Both the position numbers and the translations under genes were made by a program. Below, one piece after another: positions 1-8,208 of a stretch of 35,188 bases of DNA; within the stretch, counting starts at the first letter, position 1, and each line of letters starts with the position of its first letter. A model generated the notes under the pieces. The model saw nothing but the letters and a program-made list of their open reading frames with translations. It had not been told where the DNA came from and made no database searches. The stretch lies in the UHGV virus genome UHGV-0321997, one strand, 5' to 3'. Origin of the DNA: a virus.

Positions 1-240
1 GGTGGTCGCAACGAAAAAGCGGTCATGGCTATGCTTGATATGGACGCTTTGAAAGAATCGAAAAACCAGTCTGAGGACATTAAGAAAGCATTGGAAACCG
101 TAAAGGAATCTGATGCTTATTTATTTGGTTCTAATGAACCATTCATGAACGCAGTCGGAGCAACAGGAGGCAGTGCCGATGTTGGTGGAGATAATCTGTC
201 AGCAATCAGGGCGGCTATGGGACTTCCGGCAGAAAAATAA
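1..240 (+). CDS. Scaffold protein, C-terminal part (continues in frame from the ORF at the window end).
   Basis: Frame 1 is open from nt 1 to the stop at 240. It lies immediately upstream of the major capsid gene. It is Ala/Gly-rich and helical, like scaffold proteins. Confidence 0.5.
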   Translation, partial: GGRNEKAVMAMLDMDALKESKNQSEDIKKALETVKESDAYLFGSNEPFMNAVGATGGSADVGGDNLSAIRAAMGLPAEK

Positions 241-267
241 TTTTTAGAAAGAAAGAGGTAATAAGAT

Positions 268-1125
268 ATGACGAACACAATTACATTAAGAAAAGCATAT
301 TCCACTATGCTGGACGAGGTTTATAAACTGGCATCCCTTACAGCCGTATTAGACGGTCCAAACGAACTTGTAAAAGAGGGTGCAAACGCAAATGAAATTT
401 TGATTCCGAAAATGACGATGTCCGGTCTTGCAAATTACAATAAGCAGACAGGATATGTTGCAGGTGATGTTACACTTGAATACGAGACTAAGAAGTGTAC
501 TTATGATCGAGGCCGTATGTTCACCGTGGACGCTATGGACGATATCGAGTCTGCAGGTGTTGCCTTCGGACGTCTTTCCGGAGAATTTTTGAGAACACAG
601 GTTGTTCCGGAGCTTGACGCTTGGAGACTTGCATCTTATGCAGGATACGCACTATCTACTAATAAAGTGGCAGCAGCGATTGCAGATGCGAAAGCCGGAA
701 TTGCAGCAATTAGAAAAGGCAAGACTGCTATTAAAAATGCGGAGGCAAAGCCGGAAACCTGTTATCTGTATATCTCTGCCGCACTCAAAGGGGATATTGA
801 GGACCTTGATACAACGGCATCCAAGAAAGTTCTGGAAGGCTGGGCTGGAGTGATTGAAGTTCCTGAGGGAAGATTTTTCGACAAAGTCACGTTGACAGCA
901 TCTGGGGACGGCGGCTTTACAACAACAGGCGGTAAGAAGATTGATTTCTTGATTGTTGACAAGAATGCAGTAATCCAGAATCAGAAGCACGCTGTATCTA
1001 AGATCATCACACCGGATCAGAACCAGGATGCAGATGCTTGGAAGTTCGGATATCGTACCGTAGGTATCGCAGAGGCGAAAGACAACAAGAAAGTGGCTAT
1101 CTATGTACATACTGCAGTGGAGTAG
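268..1125 (+). CDS. Major capsid protein (HK97-fold, about 285 aa).
   Basis: RBS AAGAGG upstream. Position is after the scaffold and before the connector genes. Size and sequence character fit small Firmicutes siphovirus major capsid proteins. Confidence 0.75.
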   Translation: MTNTITLRKAYSTMLDEVYKLASLTAVLDGPNELVKEGANANEILIPKMTMSGLANYNKQTGYVAGDVTLEYETKKCTYDRGRMFTVDAMDDIESAGVAFGRLSGEFLRTQVVPELDAWRLASYAGYALSTNKVAAAIADAKAGIAAIRKGKTAIKNAEAKPETCYLYISAALKGDIEDLDTTASKKVLEGWAGVIEVPEGRFFDKVTLTASGDGGFTTTGGKKIDFLIVDKNAVIQNQKHAVSKIITPDQNQDADAWKFGYRTVGIAEAKDNKKVAIYVHTAVE

Positions 1126-1143
1126 AAATAGGAGTTGATGTAA

Positions 1144-1515
1144 ATGAACTTGTATGCGGATTATACATTTTACGTCTCTGAATATAGGGGAAATTTAACA
1201 GATGAAGAATTTGATAAATCTGTTATTCCAGCATCAGCTTATGTCCGAAGGATTACCTTCGGGCGCGCTGATGACAACATGGAAATGGAAGAGGTAAAAC
1301 TTGCTACTTGTGCCGTCTGCGAATTGTTGGCAAATGATGAAAAAGTCAGAAGCAAACACTTAGGACGTGCGGTCACATCCGAGAATACGGATGGATATTC
1401 TGTCAGCTTTGAAAGCGGAGGGAATGGAGAGACAGCGGATGATCTGTTGCATAAAAAGATGTATAATACGGCAGCACTCTTTCTTGACCCGACTGGTCTC
1501 TTATGTATGGGGTAG
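1144..1515 (+). CDS. Head-tail connector / adaptor protein (gp6/gp15-like).
   Basis: Synteny directly after the major capsid protein. Size is 123 aa. Confidence 0.45.
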   Translation: MNLYADYTFYVSEYRGNLTDEEFDKSVIPASAYVRRITFGRADDNMEMEEVKLATCAVCELLANDEKVRSKHLGRAVTSENTDGYSVSFESGGNGETADDLLHKKMYNTAALFLDPTGLLCMG

Positions 1516-1519
1516 AATC

Positions 1520-1855
1520 ATGATAACCAACACAGATGCAACACTGTACAGAAGAAAGTACAACTCTGAAACCAGACTGGATGAGTGGGAGCGAGCTTAC
1601 ATACCTGAGGTATGGTGGTATAAAAATGAAAAGTCGCAGATCACGACAGATGGGTTAAAGCAAGCAGACACCTACACGGTCAGAATCCCGGATACGAGCG
1701 TGGAAATTAAGAAAGACGATTACCTTGTAAAAGGCGATTGCAAGGTTGACATGCAGACAATTAAGGACTTGGACGGACTGGACAAGACTAGAATTACATC
1801 TGCAAACTACAATACTTTTGGCGGCAACCCGCATATTAAGGTGGTGGGAGTGTAG
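1520..1855 (+). CDS. Head closure / head-tail joining protein.
   Basis: Synteny. ATG at 1520 follows the upstream stop. Size is 111 aa. Confidence 0.4.
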   Translation: MITNTDATLYRRKYNSETRLDEWERAYIPEVWWYKNEKSQITTDGLKQADTYTVRIPDTSVEIKKDDYLVKGDCKVDMQTIKDLDGLDKTRITSANYNTFGGNPHIKVVGV

Positions 1856-2256
1856 TGGCAAAAGGAAAGAAGAAATTTAAGATCGAGACACCGAGAGGTA
1901 AGATATCAACTTACACGATTTCCAAGGGAGATTTGAAAGAAAGGACAATAGCGAGACTCGACTGGAATCCGAACTTTAAACCGAATATGGAATCTGGTTT
2001 CGCAAGCGCACAGGAGTTTGTTGACTCTGAATGCATCCGGCGCATGAACCCGGAGACTCCAAGACGGACAGGAGTACTTGTTAAGTCAGCAACTCTCGGC
2101 ACCGTGATTGGAAGTGGCGAGATCAACCAGATTGCACCTTATGCACGTAGGCAGTATTACGAGCATAAGGAAAAATCACGATGGTTTGAGCGAATGAAAA
2201 ACCGTCACAAAGACTCTATCCTGAAAGGAGCGGCGAAGTATGTCAAATCTCATTGA
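1855..2256 (+). CDS. Tail component / neck protein (HK97 gp10-like).
   Basis: GTG start overlapping the upstream stop (TAGTG). Synteny between head closure and major tail protein. Confidence 0.4.
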   Translation: MAKGKKKFKIETPRGKISTYTISKGDLKERTIARLDWNPNFKPNMESGFASAQEFVDSECIRRMNPETPRRTGVLVKSATLGTVIGSGEINQIAPYARRQYYEHKEKSRWFERMKNRHKDSILKGAAKYVKSH

Positions 2257-2659
2257 CAGCGTCAGATCATACATTCTCACATGTCCGTTTTTAAGTGATG
2301 GACGTGTGAACGTGGACTACATTGGAACGGATATGGGGTACTCTGTTGACCCTCTCCCTTGCGACCCGATCATGCAGAGATACATGGACGGTGGGGCAAA
2401 GAAGCAGTTCCAATTCGCATTTACAAGCCAAGAAGAATATGACCAAGACGCGCGAATTAACATTGAAAACAGTGGATTCTTCCAGAGCTTCGAAGAGTGG
2501 TTGGAACAGCAGAGTTTTAACGACAACCTCCCAAAACTAGGAGAAAAGAAAAACCCAATATCAATTGAAACTTTAAACAGTGGTTACTTGTACGATATCA
2601 ACGAGGAAAAAGCTAAGTATCGTATTGAGTGCCGCTTAATTTATGCACAGGAGGTATAA
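2240..2659 (+). CDS. Tail terminator / tail completion protein (hypothetical).
   Basis: Synteny immediately upstream of the major tail protein. Size is 139 aa. Confidence 0.35.
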   Translation: MSNLIDSVRSYILTCPFLSDGRVNVDYIGTDMGYSVDPLPCDPIMQRYMDGGAKKQFQFAFTSQEEYDQDARINIENSGFFQSFEEWLEQQSFNDNLPKLGEKKNPISIETLNSGYLYDINEEKAKYRIECRLIYAQEV

Positions 2660-2661
2660 AC

Positions 2662-3186
2662 ATGGCAGAAACAGCACCAAAATTAGTAGGCAGACATTTG
2701 CGTGTGGCATTCATGAACACGGATGCAACGGGCAGCTCTCCGAAATTTGAAAGAATGACCAATTTTACCGCAATGACAAACGGGAAAAACCCGAAAGAGT
2801 ATTCCAGACAGTACGTGGATGAAAGCACCGAGAGATCAGATGTAGTTGGATATGCTCCGGCTACAGAGTACTCTTTTGATATGTATGCAGGGAATCCTGT
2901 ACATGAGCGAATTGCAAAAATCCATGACGGTGAGAAAGTTGCGGATGATGCACATGTGGAAGTGGTCACGGTGGATTTTTACAAAAAGAACACGGAAGGT
3001 GACAAGTGTTACGCAACAAAGAGAACTTACGCAGTTATCCCGGATTCGGACGGAGATGGAACAGACGCATTGGTTTACAGCGGGTCCCTAAAAGCTGTGT
3101 CAGAAATCGAGGAAGGATATGTTGCAGAGACTGATATTACATCCAAGACAGTTACTTACGCCAAGGGAGATTACATGGGGGAGTAG
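2662..3186 (+). CDS. Major tail protein.
   Basis: Strong RBS AGGAGGT 8 nt upstream of the ATG at 2662. Size is 174 aa. It lies just before the chaperone pair and the tape measure gene. Confidence 0.7.
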   Translation: MAETAPKLVGRHLRVAFMNTDATGSSPKFERMTNFTAMTNGKNPKEYSRQYVDESTERSDVVGYAPATEYSFDMYAGNPVHERIAKIHDGEKVADDAHVEVVTVDFYKKNTEGDKCYATKRTYAVIPDSDGDGTDALVYSGSLKAVSEIEEGYVAETDITSKTVTYAKGDYMGE

Positions 3187-3241
3187 CTGCCGCCGATTTT
3201 AAGGCGGTAAAAAATACGAGAAAGAATAGGAGAGTGAGCCA

Positions 3242-3607
3242 ATGAGCCAGTGGAAATGGAACGATGTAGAACTTGAAATAGATATGGATGACGTAGAGTT
3301 TTTGGAAAGATACGAAAAAGTATTTGAAAGCATTGAGCCGAGAGAGAAGAACCTTGAAAAGGTTGGGAAGATATCGGAAATAACAAGGGAATATTGTTTG
3401 CTATTTTATGATATTTTTGACGGAATTTTTGGAGAAGGCACTTCTGAAAAACTTTTTGACGGGAAAATGAATTTGAGAGTTTGCGAAGAGTGCTATGATT
3501 CGTTCATTGCTGTATGTGAAAAAGAAATCAATGCCGTAAACAAGAGAAGAAATTCTGTTGTTAGCAAGTACACTCCGAATAGAGCGCAGAGACGAGCGAA
3601 GAAATAA
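3242..3607 (+). CDS. Tail assembly chaperone (gpG-like).
   Basis: Position between the major tail protein and the tape measure. RBS AGGAGAG. Acidic 121-aa protein. Confidence 0.55.
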   Translation: MSQWKWNDVELEIDMDDVEFLERYEKVFESIEPREKNLEKVGKISEITREYCLLFYDIFDGIFGEGTSEKLFDGKMNLRVCEECYDSFIAVCEKEINAVNKRRNSVVSKYTPNRAQRRAKK

Positions 3608-3608
3608 C

Positions 3609-4193
3609 ATGAATTTTTTTTATGAAGAGTTGCCAAACACAGTAAATGTGAAGGGTGAAAATATCAAGGTCATTACGGATTTCCGTGAATACATCAGGCT
3701 TTTGGACATGTTAAAAGACCAAGAGCTTGATGCTCTTCAAAAATTCGCGATCATACAGCAGTATTTTCTTGATGACGTAGTCGCAGATGAAGAAGCTATA
3801 AGCGCATTGTCCCACTTTATAACGATGGATACAAACTGTGCAAAGGTTGCGGAGACAGGTGATTGTGAAGAACCGCAAGAAAAGTTGCAAGAAAAGCCGA
3901 AGAAAAATTTATTCTCGTACTCCATTGATTATCCATATATATTATCCGGCTTTCTCAGAGATTATGGAATTGATTTAATCGACATTAAATATATGCATTG
4001 GTGGAAATTCCGGATGCTTTTTGATGGTTTGTCTGACGATACAGAGATTAAACAGCGAATAATGTACCGCAGTGTTGATTTATCGGAAATTAAAGACAAA
4101 GAAGAGAAAAAACGAATTAAAAAGATCCAGAAATCAATTCAATTGCCATCTGAGAGCCTGACGGATTATGATATCGGAAATGCTTTTATGTGA
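3609..4193 (+). CDS. Tail assembly chaperone, Gp15-like (second chaperone).
   Basis: Position immediately upstream of the tape measure gene. Own ATG at 3609, and its frame is open back to 3558, overlapping the end of the previous gene. Confidence 0.55.
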   Translation: MNFFYEELPNTVNVKGENIKVITDFREYIRLLDMLKDQELDALQKFAIIQQYFLDDVVADEEAISALSHFITMDTNCAKVAETGDCEEPQEKLQEKPKKNLFSYSIDYPYILSGFLRDYGIDLIDIKYMHWWKFRMLFDGLSDDTEIKQRIMYRSVDLSEIKDKEEKKRIKKIQKSIQLPSESLTDYDIGNAFM

Positions 4194-4201
4194 GGTGACA
4201 G

Positions 4202-4357
4202 ATGAGTTGTAAAATTAAAAAACCATCACTTGAGAGAAAGTGGTATAAGTGTCCTTTTTGCGGGTGCAAGCTATTGATTTATAACAACAATTCCGTTTGC
4301 ACCAATGCATTTATCAAGTGCCGGACGTGCAAAAAAGAAGTAGAGATTAAGATTTAA
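4202..4357 (+). CDS. Small zinc-ribbon protein (51 aa, CPFCGC...CRTC), cysteine-rich KTR-like.
   Basis: ATG at 4202 overlaps the upstream stop (TGAGGTGACAGATG, RBS GAGGTGA). Two CxxC pairs. Not in the ORF track because it is under 60 aa. Confidence 0.4.
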   Translation: MSCKIKKPSLERKWYKCPFCGCKLLIYNNNSVCTNAFIKCRTCKKEVEIKI

Positions 4358-4408
4358 GCACTTTAAATTGAGCCATTGAGCCTGTGCTATCCATAAAGGA
4401 GGGATAGT

Positions 4409-6739
4409 ATGGGTTATGATGGCTCATTAAAATTTAACACAGAAATAAACGAATCCGGATTCAATTCAGGAATTTCCAAACTTGGCAGTGTTGCAAGCGG
4501 AGGATTAAAAGTGATTGCCGGATCAGTAGCTGGCGTTGCTGCAGCATTTGGAGCGGTGTCAAAAATGTCTCTTGATTCCGTTGCGAGTCTTGAGCAGAAC
4601 ATAGGCGGTGTCGAGACGCTGTTTAAAGATAGTGCGCAGACAGTGATCGATAATGCGAACAACGCCTATAAGACAGCTGGTGTATCTGCAAATAAGTACA
4701 TGGAAACAGTGACAAGCTTCTCGGCATCTCTTTTACAGGGACTTGGAAATAATACCGCAGAGGCCGCCAGAATCGCAGATATGGCGATGGTGGATATGTC
4801 TGATAATGCCAATAAATTTGGTTCAAATATGACAGATATCCAAAACGCTTATCAGGGATTTGCGAAACAGAACTACACCATGCTTGACAACTTAAAACTC
4901 GGATACGGCGGGACGCAAGCTGAAATGATTCGCTTAATTAACGACAGCGGAATCCTTAATGAGAAAATAGAAAATCTTGATAATGTGTCGTTTGACCAAA
5001 TTATTCAGGCAATTCACAAAATTCAAGAAAACATGGGAATTGCAGGTACAACGAGCGCAGAAGCATTAACTACCATAGAGGGCTCTGTACAATCCGCAAA
5101 AGCAGCATTTGATAACTTTTTGAATGGTTCAAGTTCCCCACAGGAATTGGCAGATGCCGTAAAGGCCGCAGCTGAAAATATAACAAATAATTTGATGCAG
5201 ATCGTTCCAAGACTTGCAAAAGAACTCCCGGAAGTTGGAAACCTGTTGATGGACAGTCTTTCGCAGTCACTTAATTCCGGGAAACTTGGAGAAATGATGC
5301 AGATCGGCGGGCAAGTTATTTCCAATATAACGACTGGAATCATTCAGTCGTTGCCCGGAATTGTGACTGCATCAGCACAGATTATAAGTTCGTTTGCAGA
5401 AAATATCAGCACAAGTATACCGCAACTGTTGTCGTCTGGGATCCAGATCATACAGGCAATAATAAGCGGTATGATGCAGGTATTGCCGTCTGTCGGCTTG
5501 CTTATAACTCAGCTTATTACAACTCTATACGAGCAGATAACATCGCAGGGGCCAAGTCTGCTGCAGCAAGGCTATGAATTGTTAAGCAATCTGATTGACG
5601 GATTTGTAAAGGCAATTCCAGAAGCGTTGCCGAAAGTGCTTGATTTTATACAGGGCATCGGAGAAAAACTTGCAGAAGCTGCACCTGTAATGATTCAAAA
5701 AGGTTTTGAGTTGCTACAGAAATTGGTCGAGGGAATCGTAACCGCAATACCGATATTGATTGAGCGAGTCCCAGAGATTATTTCTACATTTGCAAACATT
5801 ATTAACGACAATTTTCCAACAATTCTTATGAAGGGCGCGGAATTACTTGGACAGTTGGCACTCGGACTTATCCAGGCAATACCAACTCTGATTGCAAACA
5901 TTCCGCAGATTATAGCAGCTATTGTTGACACACTGATGGCATTCCAGTGGCTGAACCTTGGTAAAACCATTATAACCGCACTGGGAAATGGAATTAAGTC
6001 TATGGTCGGATTCGTGAAGCAATGCGGGGAAAGTATATTGGAAGGAATTAAGACTTCTGTACAGAATTTACCAAATACATTGATGAACATAGGAAGAACT
6101 GCAATGTCGGGACTTGGAAATGTTATATCGTCAGCTGTAGGTTCTCTTAAAGGTGCAGCTTCAAACATTGTAAACGCCATTGTAAGCACGATCTCTTCTA
6201 TTCCGGGACAGATGGCTTCTATCGGAAGCAATATCGTCCAGGGATTATGGAATGGTATTTCGAACATGACAGGATGGATTATTGACAAAATTGGAGGTTT
6301 TGCAAGCAGTGTAGTTTCATCCATTAAGGATTTCTTTGGCATTCATTCCCCGTCCAGAGTTATGCGAGATCAGGTTGGTAAGTACCTTGCGATGGGAGTC
6401 GGTGCCGGATACGAAGAGTACATGCCGTACAAAGAGATGAAAAAAGTATCCGGTAAGGTGGTGTCTCAGTTGTCTGCATCTGTGAGCGGTATAACGTTAT
6501 CAGTGCCGGAAAGTGCTGGAAGTCAAACTTACCAGAAAAGCGTTGGAATCCGGAAGTCTGAAAATAACAACGAGCTACTCTACGCAGTAGATCGTCTATC
6601 CAGACTTGCCAACAGACCACTAGAGATTGTTAATAAAATTGACTCTGTAGAGACATCCAGAGTACTTGCAACACCAATGGAAAAACAAATAGAAAAGAAT
6701 TCAAGTTTTCGGAAGATGTTAGGAGGGGATAGAAATTGA
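4409..6739 (+). CDS. Tail tape measure protein.
   Basis: 776 aa, long Ala/Gly/Ile/Gln-rich helical repeats. RBS AAAGGAGGG. Canonical position after the chaperones. Confidence 0.9.
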   Translation: MGYDGSLKFNTEINESGFNSGISKLGSVASGGLKVIAGSVAGVAAAFGAVSKMSLDSVASLEQNIGGVETLFKDSAQTVIDNANNAYKTAGVSANKYMETVTSFSASLLQGLGNNTAEAARIADMAMVDMSDNANKFGSNMTDIQNAYQGFAKQNYTMLDNLKLGYGGTQAEMIRLINDSGILNEKIENLDNVSFDQIIQAIHKIQENMGIAGTTSAEALTTIEGSVQSAKAAFDNFLNGSSSPQELADAVKAAAENITNNLMQIVPRLAKELPEVGNLLMDSLSQSLNSGKLGEMMQIGGQVISNITTGIIQSLPGIVTASAQIISSFAENISTSIPQLLSSGIQIIQAIISGMMQVLPSVGLLITQLITTLYEQITSQGPSLLQQGYELLSNLIDGFVKAIPEALPKVLDFIQGIGEKLAEAAPVMIQKGFELLQKLVEGIVTAIPILIERVPEIISTFANIINDNFPTILMKGAELLGQLALGLIQAIPTLIANIPQIIAAIVDTLMAFQWLNLGKTIITALGNGIKSMVGFVKQCGESILEGIKTSVQNLPNTLMNIGRTAMSGLGNVISSAVGSLKGAASNIVNAIVSTISSIPGQMASIGSNIVQGLWNGISNMTGWIIDKIGGFASSVVSSIKDFFGIHSPSRVMRDQVGKYLAMGVGAGYEEYMPYKEMKKVSGKVVSQLSASVSGITLSVPESAGSQTYQKSVGIRKSENNNELLYAVDRLSRLANRPLEIVNKIDSVETSRVLATPMEKQIEKNSSFRKMLGGDRN

Positions 6740-8208
6740 GCCTATCAGTAAAATTTGACGATCAGGAACTCGGGCGATACTTAAGTGTATTGTCCGGGTT
6801 CTCTCCGTTTAGTGGAGCAAATAGAGAGTCGGGACTCCTTGACGGAGCAGAAAGTGCAAAAGGAGAGGATTTTGGCTATACAACATATAAATCAAAGACG
6901 CTTGAAATGCCATTTGAAATTAAAGGAGACATCTTAGCAAGCTATGACGCGATTCAGAAAATCCTAAACGTCACAGAGCCGAAAAGGCTTGTGTTTGGGA
7001 ATTATCCGGATCGCTATTTTTATGCTGTCCCTGACGGCAATTTTGATATAACACAGGTTGCAATGTTTGGAAAAGGCACAATCACATGGCTAATCCCGGA
7101 CGGAGTAGCATACTCTACCGCAGAAAAACAATTCACTGGCGTCCAACAGAACGGCTACCAGACCATTACCATCCAAAACAACGGCACCGAATGGGCAGAC
7201 GTGGACTATGAGATCACGCACCAGCACGAAAACGGATTTATCGGACTTGTGAGCCAGTATGGAGTGATCCAGCTCGGAAAACAGGAAGAGGCGGACGGAG
7301 AGAATTACGAAGCGTCCGAAGAACTGTTTAACGGTTACGGCTTGTTTCAAGACGATCACGGTACATCCTATCAAAATCCGGAAAACACAACACAAGGAAC
7401 ACTCGAAGTCAAGAATGTTGCCGGATATAACGTCATGGCATTAAAAGGTGGACAGGCAACATCCGGATTCTGGAACGGTGGAATGAAAACACTTACTATC
7501 CCAGTGGACAGTGAGGGTAGGCGTGGGGCGAAGAACTTTTATTGCTACACCCAACACTGGTTTGAGGCCGGCTTAATGGGACAGACGGGAGCGCAGACCA
7601 TTGCATTTCTGACAGGAGATAATAAAGTAATCTGCGCCATGTCTATTAACAAGAGTGATACGGTTGGTAATACGGCGCATGTGGACTGGTTTGCCCCTCA
7701 AAACAAGAAAATTAAGACACTGGATTTCCAGCCGACATCCTACGAGGATAACCCGTTTAATTTAAAAATGGGCGGCGGACACAATGACTTTTTAAAAGAG
7801 GGTGACAAGTTGCGTATTTTCTGGTACGGGAAGTATTACCACTTTACTATCCCGGAGATTAAAGACATGGTGTGTGAGAAGATACAGGTCTGGATCGGGC
7901 AGTGGGGAAGTAGAGATCTTGGAAATCAGCTGGTTACGCACAATTATTTAAAAAGTATCTGGTTCCGTAAGGATAACGTGGAAAAATACCGAGATGTGCC
8001 GAACCGGTACCGTGCCGGAGATGTGGTGTCTATAGACGGGGAGAGTACGAAGGTCTACGTTAATGGGATGGTGGCTAAGGGAGATGAGATTAATGGATCC
8101 AATTATCCAAAAGTGCCACCCGGAACAACAGAAGTGCAGTTCTGCTATTCTTCCTTTTCTTCTCCACCGCCACAGATTAAAGCGAAAATACGGGAGGTGT
8201 ATTTATAG
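6736..8208 (+). CDS. Distal tail protein (Dit), enlarged form.
   Basis: Immediately follows the tape measure with an ATGA overlap. 490 aa is larger than a minimal Dit, suggesting inserted carbohydrate-binding-like domains. Confidence 0.65.
   Translation: MSLSVKFDDQELGRYLSVLSGFSPFSGANRESGLLDGAESAKGEDFGYTTYKSKTLEMPFEIKGDILASYDAIQKILNVTEPKRLVFGNYPDRYFYAVPDGNFDITQVAMFGKGTITWLIPDGVAYSTAEKQFTGVQQNGYQTITIQNNGTEWADVDYEITHQHENGFIGLVSQYGVIQLGKQEEADGENYEASEELFNGYGLFQDDHGTSYQNPENTTQGTLEVKNVAGYNVMALKGGQATSGFWNGGMKTLTIPVDSEGRRGAKNFYCYTQHWFEAGLMGQTGAQTIAFLTGDNKVICAMSINKSDTVGNTAHVDWFAPQNKKIKTLDFQPTSYEDNPFNLKMGGGHNDFLKEGDKLRIFWYGKYYHFTIPEIKDMVCEKIQVWIGQWGSRDLGNQLVTHNYLKSIWFRKDNVEKYRDVPNRYRAGDVVSIDGESTKVYVNGMVAKGDEINGSNYPKVPPGTTEVQFCYSSFSSPPPQIKAKIREVYL

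Noticed and set aside
3187-3241. Hairpin CCGCC...GGCGG followed by an A-run after the major tail protein gene.
   Set aside because: It is followed by As rather than Ts on the coding strand, so it is not a convincing + strand intrinsic terminator. It could be a weak attenuator; it was not called.
5695-6342. 215-aa ORF on the - strand inside the tape measure gene. Similar antisense ORFs lie inside the capsid, primase (22595-23293) and integrase genes (12831-13568 on +).
   Set aside because: Each is fully embedded in a much longer, well-supported CDS on the other strand and lacks an RBS. These are typical shadow ORFs.
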